The notes: a model not told the origin generated them from the sequence alone. Shown: positions 53,228 to 62,912, counted from the stretch's first letter. The stretch is DNA of 64,000 nt from a virus (IMGVR_UViG_3300022752_000063:1939-65938), one strand, 5' to 3'. Numbers and translations are program-made.

Positions 53228-53442
53228 TGACATGTCCTCCACATTCCGATCACGGCTCCGTCCCTGGCGGTCACCAGACCGTGGGGTTGAAACGTGATCT
53301 TTCTTTTGTTGGTTATTTGTCCAGTCTTTAGATTGGTAACTCTGTTGAACCAATCGTAGGCGGTCTTTAGATCCACAAACTTAAAGACCTTGTGGTCTTT
53401 GGACCATGGGTCTCGAAGATAGGTTACGAACTTATACTTCAT
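53224..53442 (-). CDS. Hypothetical protein
   Basis: AGGAGG RBS; 4-nt overlaps. Confidence 0.65.
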   Translation of the reverse strand: MKYKFVTYLRDPWSKDHKVFKFVDLKTAYDWFNRVTNLKTGQITNKRKITFQPHGLVTARDGAVIGMWRTCQ

Positions 53443-53636
53443 GCTTCCTCCTTGTTGAGTTGCTCCAGCAAACGGTCGGCTTGGATGACGGCGTAGCGTT
53501 CATCCGCCCGCCTCTCATCCGGTGCCCCGTGCATGGCGGCAAAGATCAATGCCGCGATGAATTCCCGTTTGGTTAGGCCGGCGTCGGTCATGCTTGCGAA
53601 AGCATTCTCCCGTCCGGCAAATACTGTGTTGCTCAT
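53439..53636 (-). CDS. Hypothetical protein
   Basis: GLTKRE..AA...A...AV..AD.LL..L motif common in phages. Confidence 0.7.
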   Translation of the reverse strand: MSNTVFAGRENAFASMTDAGLTKREFIAALIFAAMHGAPDERRADERYAVIQADRLLEQLNKEEA

Positions 53637-53881
53637 TACTTGTCTCCTTTCATTGTTCCTTCCGGCCCCAGCTCGGCCCATAACGGAAACAACTCCCGCT
53701 GTTCACCCGTTGGCCAAGGATGGGGCACGACGTTTGCTCCGATCTTTTTGGACTCCTCGAAGACTTCGAAGGCTTCCGTGTAGCCACGGATACTGTCCGC
53801 CTTCAGACCTTCGAGCAAGTCAATCCAAGTATCATCAATCGTGAGATACTGACCATCATTATTTTTAAGTGCGAATGTCAT
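53636..53881 (-). CDS. Hypothetical protein
   Basis: AGGAG RBS; coupled to neighbours. Confidence 0.65.
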   Translation of the reverse strand: MTFALKNNDGQYLTIDDTWIDLLEGLKADSIRGYTEAFEVFEESKKIGANVVPHPWPTGEQRELFPLWAELGPEGTMKGDK

Positions 53882-54096
53882 AGTGTCGCTCCTGTCTTAT
53901 GTTCAAGTACCATACGGTTGAGAAGGTTGATCACCCCAGCCTCGAAGGTGTCGAGGAATTCACCGCTCACCCTGGAGGGTGGGGCTTTCAACGGGGCGAT
54001 GCCCATCTCCAACCGTGTTTGGTTTCGCTCCTTGAACTTGGCCCTAGCCAAGTCCAATGCCGACCGCTTGACCGCCGCTTTGTTGAGCAGACTCAT
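53878..54096 (-). CDS. Small protein, possible histone fold
   Basis: LLNKAAVKR...RVSGEFLDTFEAGVINLLNRMV....GATL pattern; ATGA-coupled start. Confidence 0.5.
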   Translation of the reverse strand: MSLLNKAAVKRSALDLARAKFKERNQTRLEMGIAPLKAPPSRVSGEFLDTFEAGVINLLNRMVLEHKTGATL

Positions 54097-54344
54097 TGGG
54101 CTTTCTTCCAAGTGAAGAACGGAGCAATCTGTTTGTCGACGAACTGAATGGTCTCGTCTCCAGACAGATTGTGGAAGTCTTTCATAAACTTCTTATTCCT
54201 ACCTTGGTAGCTCATAATGAACGCAACCTTGGCCAACCGAAGACCCGTAATGAATCCTCGGAAGTCGTGCCTATCCATCAACTCCTTCACGTCTTTGGTG
54301 TATTGGTTGATGAGTTTTCGTTGTCTGTCGATTTTCTTTTTCAT
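54093..54344 (-). CDS. Hypothetical protein
   Basis: GAAAGGA RBS before MKKKID. Confidence 0.65.
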   Translation of the reverse strand: MKKKIDRQRKLINQYTKDVKELMDRHDFRGFITGLRLAKVAFIMSYQGRNKKFMKDFHNLSGDETIQFVDKQIAPFFTWKKAQ

Positions 54345-54547
54345 GTTGTTATCCTTTCTTTGGTTGTTGCTTTGTCGACTCGTAATACGGATGCCCAAGG
54401 GAGAGTCGTGTGCCCGCACTTGTCGCATTTGTGCAACAAGAGATTGGGAATTCGTTTACCAGCTATCTTGTAGACCTCCCTAACCTTTCGGTACCTGCCC
54501 TTACACGGGCGTACGTTGTCCTCTAAAAAGTAACGAACGCACATCAT
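54341..54547 (-). CDS. Zinc-finger protein (YgiT/MqsA N-terminal-like)
   Basis: C...CKG...I.N....CDKCGH pattern. Confidence 0.5.
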   Translation of the reverse strand: MMCVRYFLEDNVRPCKGRYRKVREVYKIAGKRIPNLLLHKCDKCGHTTLPWASVLRVDKATTKERITT

Positions 54548-54837
54548 ATTGCCACCATGTTTGGCCGGTGGTTTTGGTACCGATGTAGCACCCACAAAAA
54601 GTTGTAGGGTTCTCGGTGAAACATATATGGTCTGTTCCTGATGGCCATCAGATCACCTCTCTCAAGATGCTCTGCTTCGTAGGCTCTGATCTTGTTAACT
54701 ACTGCTCGCCTTAAACCGCCAACAGCTTGACGTACGCTAAGGGGCTTCTTGATAGATTCTTCTTTGGCAACATCTTCAAGCCACAAACAAGCTGCGCGAA
54801 TCCGTGTTGCGTCATCGCACTTTATTACGGTTTTCAT
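54544..54837 (-). CDS. Hypothetical protein
   Basis: GAAAGGA RBS before MKTVIK. Confidence 0.6.
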   Translation of the reverse strand: MKTVIKCDDATRIRAACLWLEDVAKEESIKKPLSVRQAVGGLRRAVVNKIRAYEAEHLERGDLMAIRNRPYMFHREPYNFLWVLHRYQNHRPNMVAI

Positions 54838-55436
54838 GTTGTTATCCTTTCTGGTTGTAAAACTCCCCATTGGGAAGCCATTGCTTTTGCTATACCATCA
54901 AACGTCTTTGCTCGGTTCTTCTGCCTGTCCTTGCCACCCTTGTTGAACCACGGACTATACTTGGTGCTTGTTGCTCCCTTAACAATCCGAGTTGGCCTGA
55001 GAGGTGAAAGACCCTTGAGCCATAGGCACGTCCGCTTTTGCACGGGATGCCCGAACTGGTAGGGTTGAATAACTTGGGTGTAGCGGGGCAGGTTGAAGAT
55101 TTTAGATGGCGTTGGGTTCTCGATGGCAATCATGGGGATGTCAGCATTCCACAAGGTCATAAAGAACGCACGTCCTTCCATGCCCAGCTTGAGTCTATCC
55201 CTGTTCAGCTTGCCCTTTGGATACAGGAACCTGGCTCCCGCATTCGACAAGTAGGTACAAGGAGGATGGGCAATCATCAAGTCCCATCCATCGTCGAGCA
55301 CGTCCCGTACGTCCCCTTGATAGTGGGGGCCGGGGATATCCGTGGGTAGAATGTCACAGCTCATGGCCTCATGGCCTCGAGCAATGAAAGCATCACGGAC
55401 TGTTCCCGAGTACTCGCATGCTACTAATACTTTCAT
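54834..55436 (-). CDS. Short DNA cytosine-C5 methyltransferase-like protein (paralog 1)
   Basis: KVLVACEYSG, HPPCTYLS, IENP and K.TCLWL motifs. Confidence 0.8.
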   Translation of the reverse strand: MKVLVACEYSGTVRDAFIARGHEAMSCDILPTDIPGPHYQGDVRDVLDDGWDLMIAHPPCTYLSNAGARFLYPKGKLNRDRLKLGMEGRAFFMTLWNADIPMIAIENPTPSKIFNLPRYTQVIQPYQFGHPVQKRTCLWLKGLSPLRPTRIVKGATSTKYSPWFNKGGKDRQKNRAKTFDGIAKAMASQWGVLQPERITT

Positions 55437-55645
55437 GCCCTATACCACCCAGTAAATTTGCTATGCCAAGTAGCTTCATTTTGGTTGAGTCCACTAGCTA
55501 ATTTCTTCAACCAAACTCTAGCTCTACACTCCTCCCCATTCTGCTTGGCAGAGTCTAGATCCACAACGTATAACGTTGTTCCTTTTGGGAGTTTATATCC
55601 ACCAACTAATCCATCTTCAATGTAAACAATCAATGGTTTCTTCAT
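55433..55645 (-). CDS. Hypothetical protein
   Basis: AGGAG RBS; 70 aa. Confidence 0.6.
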   Translation of the reverse strand: MKKPLIVYIEDGLVGGYKLPKGTTLYVVDLDSAKQNGEECRARVWLKKLASGLNQNEATWHSKFTGWYRA

Positions 55646-55775
55646 TTATTCTCCTCTCGTTTAATTGTTTCCTCAACCCAGTCCGCACATCGTGCGAACC
55701 ATTCTTCTTCAACGCCACCGTGTTCTCCCTCCCGTAGATAATCTACGAGACCTTCCAAATCATTCTTGGTTGCCT

Positions 55776-56426
55776 TCATGGTCTACCGTCCTGTCCGACC
55801 CAGCCCATGCCGACGTAGTCATTAGGATCTTCAACGTCACCCCATTGATCAGCCATAGCTTGAGCGATACCCTTGAAGGTAGCACTTCGGATCTTCCAGC
55901 GATCCTTGCAGGGAGCTTGCCAATGGATGCGTTGCTGTTCTGCAATCGGGAGAGCGTCGGTCTCTTCCTTAAGATCGGTTTCAGGCTCGAGCTTTGGCAA
56001 TCCCTTGAGCCACAAGCCGGTGGCTTTCTTTTCCTTGTGCCCGAACATCCAAGGCTGAATGATCTGGTCAGGGCCACGGCCAATGATTGCCTTGGCATAC
56101 TTATGCATGATGGGATTCTCGATGGCGATGCAAGGGATGTCGGACTCAAGCAATCGCTTGAAGAACTCGGCACCCTGCTTCATCTGTTCCCACCGTCCCT
56201 TCCGCTTGTGCAACCAACTCACGCCGGAGTTGCACAGGTAGGTGCAGGGAGGATGAGCCACCATCAAGTCCCATCCTTGGTCGATGATATCAAAGACATC
56301 ACCTTGGTAGTGAGGTCCAGGAACGTCGGTCGGCAACAGATCGCACGACATGGCGTCGTGTCCGTTGGCGATGAACGCATCCCGAACCGCACCCGAATAC
56401 TCACAGGCTACTAATACTTTCATCAT
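55776..56426 (-). CDS. Short DNA cytosine-C5 methyltransferase-like protein (paralog 2)
   Basis: KVLVACEYSG, HPPCTYL, IENP, K.T.LWL and RS.TF.GIA.AMA.QWG motifs. Confidence 0.8.
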   Translation of the reverse strand: MMKVLVACEYSGAVRDAFIANGHDAMSCDLLPTDVPGPHYQGDVFDIIDQGWDLMVAHPPCTYLCNSGVSWLHKRKGRWEQMKQGAEFFKRLLESDIPCIAIENPIMHKYAKAIIGRGPDQIIQPWMFGHKEKKATGLWLKGLPKLEPETDLKEETDALPIAEQQRIHWQAPCKDRWKIRSATFKGIAQAMADQWGDVEDPNDYVGMGWVGQDGRP

Positions 56427-56604
56427 GTCTCCTTTCCGAGTAGCGATCGAATCAAATCGATTCTACCCTTGCGATAACCGAGTTCTTCCGAGCCACTACA
56501 GGTGGCGTACGGACTTCCTTCGGTCGACTGCAAGAACTCTTTGGCCTTTGCTAATTCCTTGAACTCGTGTTCAAGTTGTGTCTTAAGGAATTTTTTTGTC
56601 ATAT

Positions 56605-56832
56605 TTATTCTCCAAAGTTATCGCAGTATGCTTTGTCCAATTGAATTTGTTCTACCCGCCCTCCCCAATCCTCAAACGAGGAGGCAAAGCAAGTGTCTGA
56701 ATTTGGGCGGTGGACTTTCCATTGGTTGTAGGCTTTGCGAAGAGCCCTGAACGCACCATTTCTTGACAAAGAAGCTACGGTGATTCCGTAGCCAAAGATG
56801 TCAGGGATAACTCCGACCCAGATATATTTCAT
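56605..56832 (-). CDS. Hypothetical protein
   Basis: AAAGGA RBS; 75 aa. Confidence 0.6.
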   Translation of the reverse strand: MKYIWVGVIPDIFGYGITVASLSRNGAFRALRKAYNQWKVHRPNSDTCFASSFEDWGGRVEQIQLDKAYCDNFGE

Positions 56833-56834
56833 TA

Positions 56835-57551
56835 TTAGGTTCCTTTCTTATTGGTTTTGTTGTAACCCGTCCAGCCTAATTTCTTTAAGGCGGACACCGC
56901 CTTGGATGCCAGACTGCCAGCGGGTTGAGTGCCATGGATGAGGAGGGCGAACGACTTGCCAGACTTGTAAGCATGGCTGTCGTCGTGATCGATCTCCAAT
57001 CCCTTGGCCTTGGCATCGGCCTCGCTAAACACAACCTCGGCGGACTTCAGATTGTGGGCTTCGATCAACCAGTCATGGATACCGCCACGGCTGGCGTTGA
57101 GGGCGAAGTTCTTGGGTATCTCACCAAGCTTGCTCACCCACAGATGAAGGCTCTTGGTGTAGGCATAGAAGGTACGCAACGGATTCTTCCGTGCGACTTC
57201 CATCCAAGCATCGAAGTAGGACTCATTGAAGAAGTCACCCGACACATGGACACGGATGAGGTTGGCCTTCTTGGGAAGGCTGGCCTCGATCAGTTGCACC
57301 ATCTGCTCGGTCGTTTTGCCCTTGAGCAGATCAAAGTTGTACCAGCGTTGCTCCCGCACCGCAGGGTATTGGGCTTCGGCAGATGCGGCAAAGCATCGGA
57401 ACTTGGTTTCCAATCCATCTTGGATTCCACTTCCGTTGCGTCCAGCTCGGGACAAACATTCCCTCGCACCGGGGCAGGAGTAACCTGCGGGTAGGCTGAA
57501 GGTGAAGATGTCGTTGCCGAGCTTGGCATTACCTCGATTGAACTTAAGCAT
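56835..57551 (-). CDS. GP88-family (radical SAM-like) protein
   Basis: GN.KL....F.LPAG..CP....C...CFA, R.H.SGDF and YAYTK motifs. Confidence 0.8.
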   Translation of the reverse strand: MLKFNRGNAKLGNDIFTFSLPAGYSCPGARECLSRAGRNGSGIQDGLETKFRCFAASAEAQYPAVREQRWYNFDLLKGKTTEQMVQLIEASLPKKANLIRVHVSGDFFNESYFDAWMEVARKNPLRTFYAYTKSLHLWVSKLGEIPKNFALNASRGGIHDWLIEAHNLKSAEVVFSEADAKAKGLEIDHDDSHAYKSGKSFALLIHGTQPAGSLASKAVSALKKLGWTGYNKTNKKGT

Positions 57552-57969
57552 TGAAGAACCTTTCTTTCCATTGCTGGAATGTTGGGGGTGTAAGATTGTC
57601 TCCGATATTCTGGATGACTTCACATAGATACTGGATGGTGGACAAGTAGTTGCCGTGGGTTTCCAAGTCCAAACTACCGCTGGCCAAGGCCGGCGTTATC
57701 CTCCACTCGTTCTCTCGATATCGAATGTCGGTATGCAACTTGCCTATCGAATCAAAGCTACCGCCTTGATACTGAGTACAAGCCGTATACTTGTAGGTAA
57801 GACGGACTGATTTATATTCGTCCTTCCACCCTTCAGAACGGACTGTGATTTTGTTATCTGGAAAGTCTCCCGTCCGTGTGCTGGATGAGATGACTTCGTC
57901 CACGATGATGTGTCTGTTGAGGAGCTTCGCCAACGCTCCAGATTTAACGGCGATGGGTAATAGTTTCAT
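57544..57969 (-). CDS. Hypothetical protein
   Basis: GAAAGGA RBS before MKLLPI. Confidence 0.65.
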   Translation of the reverse strand: MKLLPIAVKSGALAKLLNRHIIVDEVISSSTRTGDFPDNKITVRSEGWKDEYKSVRLTYKYTACTQYQGGSFDSIGKLHTDIRYRENEWRITPALASGSLDLETHGNYLSTIQYLCEVIQNIGDNLTPPTFQQWKERFFNA

Positions 57970-57990
57970 TGGTATTCCTTTCAAGAATAT

Positions 57991-58026
57991 GAACCCCGCC
58001 ACAGGGATGAACCTGTGACGGGGCTC
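57991..58026 (-). terminator. Hairpin after the rIIB-like gene (terminator or processing site)
   Basis: 15-bp stem with G-U pairs on the minus strand; weak U-tract. Confidence 0.5.
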
Positions 58027-58034
58027 GGGTTATG

Positions 58035-58880
58035 TTATCGGTTAGCGAGGCTGGACAAGATGTTGCGGATACCCTCGAGGGCTTCCTCGATCTTGTCGTT
58101 GGCAGTCACGGAGACAGAATCACTGTCACCGTATTCGTCTTCGTCCTGGTACAGATTCTCGTCGTCGGCCATGGTGTTCCGAAGAGCACCATTGAACTCG
58201 TCGACAACCTCGTACTGACAGGTGCGAAGCTTCTGGCATTCGCAGTCTGTCGGGACGCTGACGACATCGGCGGGGTTGATCTTGACGATCACGATCTTCT
58301 TCTCCCCACCGCCGAAGCCTTGAGCGTACTCAAGGGAGCCAGCATGGAAGCCGTAAGAGCATCCAATGCCAGCGTCGTCGCATACCTTGCGACGCTCCAT
58401 CCGTAGGGTCGAGCCCACACGATTGGAGAACTTGCCCGTGTGATGATCCGTGTAGTCAGCACGGACGGACTTGTACGCCAAGAAGCACCCGTCGGGGGTG
58501 ATTGGCATATTGCCGTGGGCAAGAAACGAGTACAGCTCGGTACGGGCACGACGGCTGTCGTTCCGTTCCAAGTTCTCGAAGAACCGAAGCAACGGGTCGA
58601 GTGGCAACCCTTGCCTGTGGCATTCGAGGATACGCTGGACAAGTACGCCGTGGACTTCCTCCCCGTTGTACTTGACCGAGTTCTCACCGACCTCGAAGGC
58701 ACCGCCAAGATACTTGGTCAATGCCACCCGAGGATTGATGAGATCGATGACTTCCGCCTCCGGGGCACCTGCCCGAATCGCATCGAGCACGGCATTGAAG
58801 TTGCCGTGGGTTGCTGACAGAGTATACGACTGGCCGTTGGCGACCACCGTGATACTCTCATTAGTAATGATGTAGGTCAT
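58035..58880 (-). CDS. rIIB: rIIB-like protein
   Basis: F.ENL..N.S......LY.FL.....PITPDG.FLAYK.V...VG....M.R..V......CS.G.H...K.NPADVVSVP.D....K.R.C.Y.V signature. Confidence 0.9.
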   Translation of the reverse strand: MTYIITNESITVVANGQSYTLSATHGNFNAVLDAIRAGAPEAEVIDLINPRVALTKYLGGAFEVGENSVKYNGEEVHGVLVQRILECHRQGLPLDPLLRFFENLERNDSRRARTELYSFLAHGNMPITPDGCFLAYKSVRADYTDHHTGKFSNRVGSTLRMERRKVCDDAGIGCSYGFHAGSLEYAQGFGGGEKKIVIVKINPADVVSVPTDCECQKLRTCQYEVVDEFNGALRNTMADDENLYQDEDEYGDSDSVSVTANDKIEEALEGIRNILSSLANR

Positions 58881-58902
58881 TGTCTATCCTTCCTTTCTTT
58901 GT

Positions 58903-61155
58903 TTATGGTTTCTGAATGATCCCCCAGTAGGAGATCAAATCCTTCGGTGCCGAAGCTTTATATTTCTTGAGCCAATCCGAGTCGCCCCAAGAGCTCTGGT
59001 TAAGACGAACCCATCGGGTCAACGGCCAACCTCGCAACAAGACATCGGAGTGATGCTTGACTGTGAGATCGTCGTCTGGCTTGAACGACTCGAGTGTCTT
59101 GTCATCCACAATCTGCCGAATCCCAAACCTCTCAGGCTGGTGAATCAGGTAGGCTAGGCTGACAACTTGGCTTGAATACTTGGTGTCCAACAGCTCGACC
59201 ATCTTCTTGGCTGGATGTTTATCTGGCAGATTGGAAGCACGGATTGCTTTGGGCAAGTTGCCTTCCTTCCAATCGTCGTCATTCATTCCAGCGTATCCAT
59301 GGAAGAGTTCCATATGTTCCAAGTTAGCCTTGTCATATTCCAAACGACGCCAGACCATCTCACCCAAGGCTTGGTTGTCCTTGAACAAGCGGGTCACGGC
59401 ATCCTGCAAGGATGTCTCGAACCAAGAGCCATCGTCGGGTATCTTCTCGCCTTTCTTCTTGGCTAGGATTCTACCCTTCAATAGCTTGGCTACCCTCAAC
59501 TGATCCAACAATCTCCTGAATGTGCTGTTGCCAGCGTTGATGCCATTCCCTGTTGGTACGAACTTCTCAATCTCAATCCACCAGTCGTCATCGGTGTACT
59601 CACCATCGAACATCTTCCAGTTGTCCGATTCCTTGTCGGGATGACCAGTCCTGTCCATGTCGAACTCGAATGTCTTGCCCTTGGTGTGCTTGGCATTCTT
59701 GTCGTAGGACTGACCGCCACCGTTGGTATCGGTCGGAGGTTCGGGTAGTGTGTTGTAATCCACATACTTGATCTTGTCCAACTCGGGATGATCCTTGCAC
59801 ATCTCCGACCAATCCTTCTTGGACGTGATGACATAGATCGTGGAGTTGTCCTTGATCTGGTTGTTGGAGTACGCATACTTCAACCGACCCGTTCGGAATG
59901 TCTTCTTGTCTGGCACAAGGAACACCGTGACATATCGGTTGACCATGATGGAGTGAGGAGATTCCTGGCGGAGTCTGCTCTTGCCCCAGTTACGCCAACC
60001 GCATAGCGTCACGGTCAGGTCGGGGTGTTGCACCTTCGACCCGTCCACAGTCACCATCGGTAGTTCGATTAGGCTGTCTACCTTCTGGCCTCGCCACAGC
60101 ACCTTGTTCTTGATCTTCTTGAGCAAGTTCTCCATCCGATTGTCGTGGTTGTAGTGCCGACTCTTGAAGATGTTGGCTTCGATGCAAGCATCCCACCAAG
60201 TCGGTGCGGACTGGATGCGTTGCTCGACGACCCGTGCCAAGCTATCGACCACCTTCTTGATCTCGGTGGTCAATCTCTTGACGGTCATCGGAGTATACAT
60301 CAGAGCCTCTCGACTCGGAGCAACCTGCAATCCTCCGACCTCGATGTCGAAGGTCAGCCCCAGACTTGAGGCGACCGACAGATCATCGGGCAGTTTGAAG
60401 GAGTTGTAGTTGATCGGATACTTCACATCACCCATCACAACAAAGGAACTGGTGTCCTCGTTGGGGTCTGTCATCCGCCAGTTGTCCTCCATCAGGACGA
60501 CATGCTGTGGAACCAGATTGATGGCTGTCTTCTCCTCGGGTGTTGCATTGCTTACCGTGGGTTTGACACGGAAGACATTGAACACCTCGACCGCTGTGCT
60601 TCTGAACCGCTCGATGTCGTGTGCCTTGACTGGCAACTTGACCTCGACTCCGTTGGGTTCGTCCGTCTCGGACTCCTCCAAGGTATCGAAGGACGGCACA
60701 CCGAACTCGTCCTTGAAGCAGACCAAGACCCACCGCTTGCCGTTCTTGGTGCAAGTGATAGTCCATTGGTCGGTATAGGCGGCCGGGGCTTTGCAACCCA
60801 GACCAAAGCCACCAGTATATTCGTTGCTGGTGGATTTGTATTCGCCTGACGAGCCATAGCTTGCCATGAGCTTGCTGAACTCGTCGATGTCCAAGCCCAA
60901 GCCCTCATCCTTGATGATGAAGGTTGGCCCAGATGTGCTGGGGAATGTCACCTTGATGGGCGACTTGTTCCCGCTTGCCTTGTGAGACTCGTTGGCATTG
61001 ACGGACAGTTCACGGATAACCGCCTTGATCGGGTCGGCATACAATCCAGACAAGATGCCCATGATGTGGGCACGATTGGCCAGATTGACCGTGAATTGAG
61101 TCCGCTTGCCAAGAGTCTTAGCCACAGGGTTAAACCTTGACTGCGTTGTTATCAT
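58903..61155 (-). CDS. rIIA: rIIA-like protein (GHKL ATPase N-terminus)
   Basis: LY.DP..AVIREL..NA, D.G.GL, GGFGLG.K.P.AY and PSRE.L.Y motifs; directly upstream of rIIB. Confidence 0.9.
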   Translation of the reverse strand: MITTQSRFNPVAKTLGKRTQFTVNLANRAHIMGILSGLYADPIKAVIRELSVNANESHKASGNKSPIKVTFPSTSGPTFIIKDEGLGLDIDEFSKLMASYGSSGEYKSTSNEYTGGFGLGCKAPAAYTDQWTITCTKNGKRWVLVCFKDEFGVPSFDTLEESETDEPNGVEVKLPVKAHDIERFRSTAVEVFNVFRVKPTVSNATPEEKTAINLVPQHVVLMEDNWRMTDPNEDTSSFVVMGDVKYPINYNSFKLPDDLSVASSLGLTFDIEVGGLQVAPSREALMYTPMTVKRLTTEIKKVVDSLARVVEQRIQSAPTWWDACIEANIFKSRHYNHDNRMENLLKKIKNKVLWRGQKVDSLIELPMVTVDGSKVQHPDLTVTLCGWRNWGKSRLRQESPHSIMVNRYVTVFLVPDKKTFRTGRLKYAYSNNQIKDNSTIYVITSKKDWSEMCKDHPELDKIKYVDYNTLPEPPTDTNGGGQSYDKNAKHTKGKTFEFDMDRTGHPDKESDNWKMFDGEYTDDDWWIEIEKFVPTGNGINAGNSTFRRLLDQLRVAKLLKGRILAKKKGEKIPDDGSWFETSLQDAVTRLFKDNQALGEMVWRRLEYDKANLEHMELFHGYAGMNDDDWKEGNLPKAIRASNLPDKHPAKKMVELLDTKYSSQVVSLAYLIHQPERFGIRQIVDDKTLESFKPDDDLTVKHHSDVLLRGWPLTRWVRLNQSSWGDSDWLKKYKASAPKDLISYWGIIQKP

Positions 61156-61336
61156 ACACTTTCTCCTTTCTCGTTAGGGTTACAGACCAAACCGTATGGT
61201 TGTCGTAGAAGGCGACACTCTCCGCACTCTCCAACTTGTGGTGGAGGATTGGTTCGACCAACACATTATCCTTGTCGAATACTGCGTAGCCTTCCCACTT
61301 GCGGATAGCGTCGTGAATCTTTACCCCCTCGCTCAT
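61130..61336 (-). CDS. Hypothetical protein
   Basis: 68-aa coupled ORF. Confidence 0.55.
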   Translation of the reverse strand: MSEGVKIHDAIRKWEGYAVFDKDNVLVEPILHHKLESAESVAFYDNHTVWSVTLTRKEKVYDNNAVKV

Positions 61337-61653
61337 CCGAGTGTGGGGATAAGGCTGGACAAGAACTTGGGGAAGGACTTCTCCACCTTACAGTTGCTCA
61401 CCAAGGACTCTGCATCGTGGATGCCACGAGCCTTGAGTTCCGCTATCAACTTGGTCACGGACAGGTCGGAGCGATTGCCCTGACTTGCCGTCACCTGCCA
61501 CTTGATTCCTTGGAAGTGTGTCACTCCCCGTTCCTCAAGGGCGGTCTTGAATATCGGAACGATGCTCTCTCGGAGCTTCTCCGCATTCAACTTTGTCTGG
61601 TTGTACTCCCCGAACAAGTCCACCTGTTCGGCGGTGTATATCAGTTTGCTCAT
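61333..61653 (-). CDS. Hypothetical protein
   Basis: GAAAGGA RBS; 106 aa. Confidence 0.7.
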   Translation of the reverse strand: MSKLIYTAEQVDLFGEYNQTKLNAEKLRESIVPIFKTALEERGVTHFQGIKWQVTASQGNRSDLSVTKLIAELKARGIHDAESLVSNCKVEKSFPKFLSSLIPTLG

Positions 61654-61706
61654 TGTTATGTGTCCTTTCTATTTGGTTTGTGTACCCCACCTATCGGCGG
61701 GGAAAT

Positions 61707-61850
61707 CTATGCGTCTGCGTCTTCCCGTGGGGCGTAGTCACCAGTCTGATTCTCGTAGTCTTCCCTATCGAGTTTCTCAGCCCGTTCCTCGTCCCACTTG
61801 CATTGTTCACGCAAGTCCTTCTCGTACTCTTCGTCGGGGTCGATTCTCAT
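61707..61850 (-). CDS. Very acidic 47-aa protein (not in ORF track)
   Basis: AGGAGG RBS; MRIDPDEEYEKDLREQCKWDEERAEKLDREDYENQTGDYAPREDADA. Confidence 0.65.
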   Translation of the reverse strand: MRIDPDEEYEKDLREQCKWDEERAEKLDREDYENQTGDYAPREDADA

Positions 61851-62218
61851 ATGTCCTCCTTTTCTGTAATAGACTTAGTCATCATATCCACATCCCCGAT
61901 TATCTTCAGAAGCCTATCGGCAACTTCAAATCGGGAGTAATATGTATATCTGAAATACGGGTCTCCGCCGTCGTGTTCATTGGGGTAAACCCTCTCAGTC
62001 TTAACCCAAAAATACTTTTGCTTCTTCTCACTCTCAGTTAGATTTGACCCGTGAGGCTTAAACATACTGCACTTACAATGGTCTTCGACCCCCTCATATT
62101 TTAATCCCGTAAGTCGTTGAACTGCCCAGTCGAGCGGGATGTTTTCAAAGTTCTTATTGAGGTCGTGTGAAACGGCCTCAACACGTTTTATAATCTCCCA
62201 CACTTGATCGCAGTTCAT
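61847..62218 (-). CDS. Hypothetical protein
   Basis: Likely start MNCDQV with ATGA overlap. Confidence 0.6.
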   Translation of the reverse strand: MNCDQVWEIIKRVEAVSHDLNKNFENIPLDWAVQRLTGLKYEGVEDHCKCSMFKPHGSNLTESEKKQKYFWVKTERVYPNEHDGGDPYFRYTYYSRFEVADRLLKIIGDVDMMTKSITEKEDI

Positions 62219-62472
62219 AGTCCGAACTCCATTTGCTGGGCGACTGGTTGAATCTGGTAACCCCACGCCCACTTGTGGTTGTCCAGATCGAACACACACT
62301 CATCCTTCTGCAAGACAGGAACGAACTCCAAGTCCGTGCCTTCCATAAGATAGGCTCCGTGTGGATTCTGGGTAATGTTGACGACCTTCCGCTTCACCCA
62401 CCCATTATCTCCATCGCAATCCCGCCACCAGACGAGATCACCTTTTTGGATTGTCATTGGTGTTAGCTTCAT
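62215..62472 (-). CDS. Hypothetical protein (SH3/KOW-like start)
   Basis: IQKGDLVWW; AGGAGG RBS. Confidence 0.6.
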   Translation of the reverse strand: MKLTPMTIQKGDLVWWRDCDGDNGWVKRKVVNITQNPHGAYLMEGTDLEFVPVLQKDECVFDLDNHKWAWGYQIQPVAQQMEFGL

Positions 62473-62675
62473 GTTCCTCCTTTATGAATTGGACAAGCAC
62501 GGGATAAAGCACCTCTTGGTGTTCATCCATGGCCTTGTCAAACTTGGACTTCTTCACAGGTCGATCCCGCATTTCTTCAATAGCCACACCACACCAAACC
62601 CGAAGGCGATGCAGGGCACAATGAAGGTGCTGATCTTCCACATCACCAGACAGAACAAGATGAACGAATCGCTGT

Positions 62676-62912
62676 TCATTTGCGTCTCCCCGGTTGAATG
62701 TTGCTGTTGCGATTCAGCAACCGAGTACGATGGTATCGCTTCTCGATCACCTCCTCGATGATGGGCTCACAGGCACGATGGAATCGTTTGGATTTCCGTG
62801 CCACATCGCCCGTTCCTCGGACGCATTTCACGTCCGTGCTATCCCGCCGACCCGTCAGTTTGTCCCACTCTTGGGGACGCTCCATCGGGTTTAGAATGAT
62901 ATCTGGTTCCAC
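62676..62912 (-). CDS. Hypothetical protein
   Basis: AGGAGG RBS; 78 aa. Confidence 0.6.
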   Translation of the reverse strand: MEPDIILNPMERPQEWDKLTGRRDSTDVKCVRGTGDVARKSKRFHRACEPIIEEVIEKRYHRTRLLNRNSNIQPGRRK

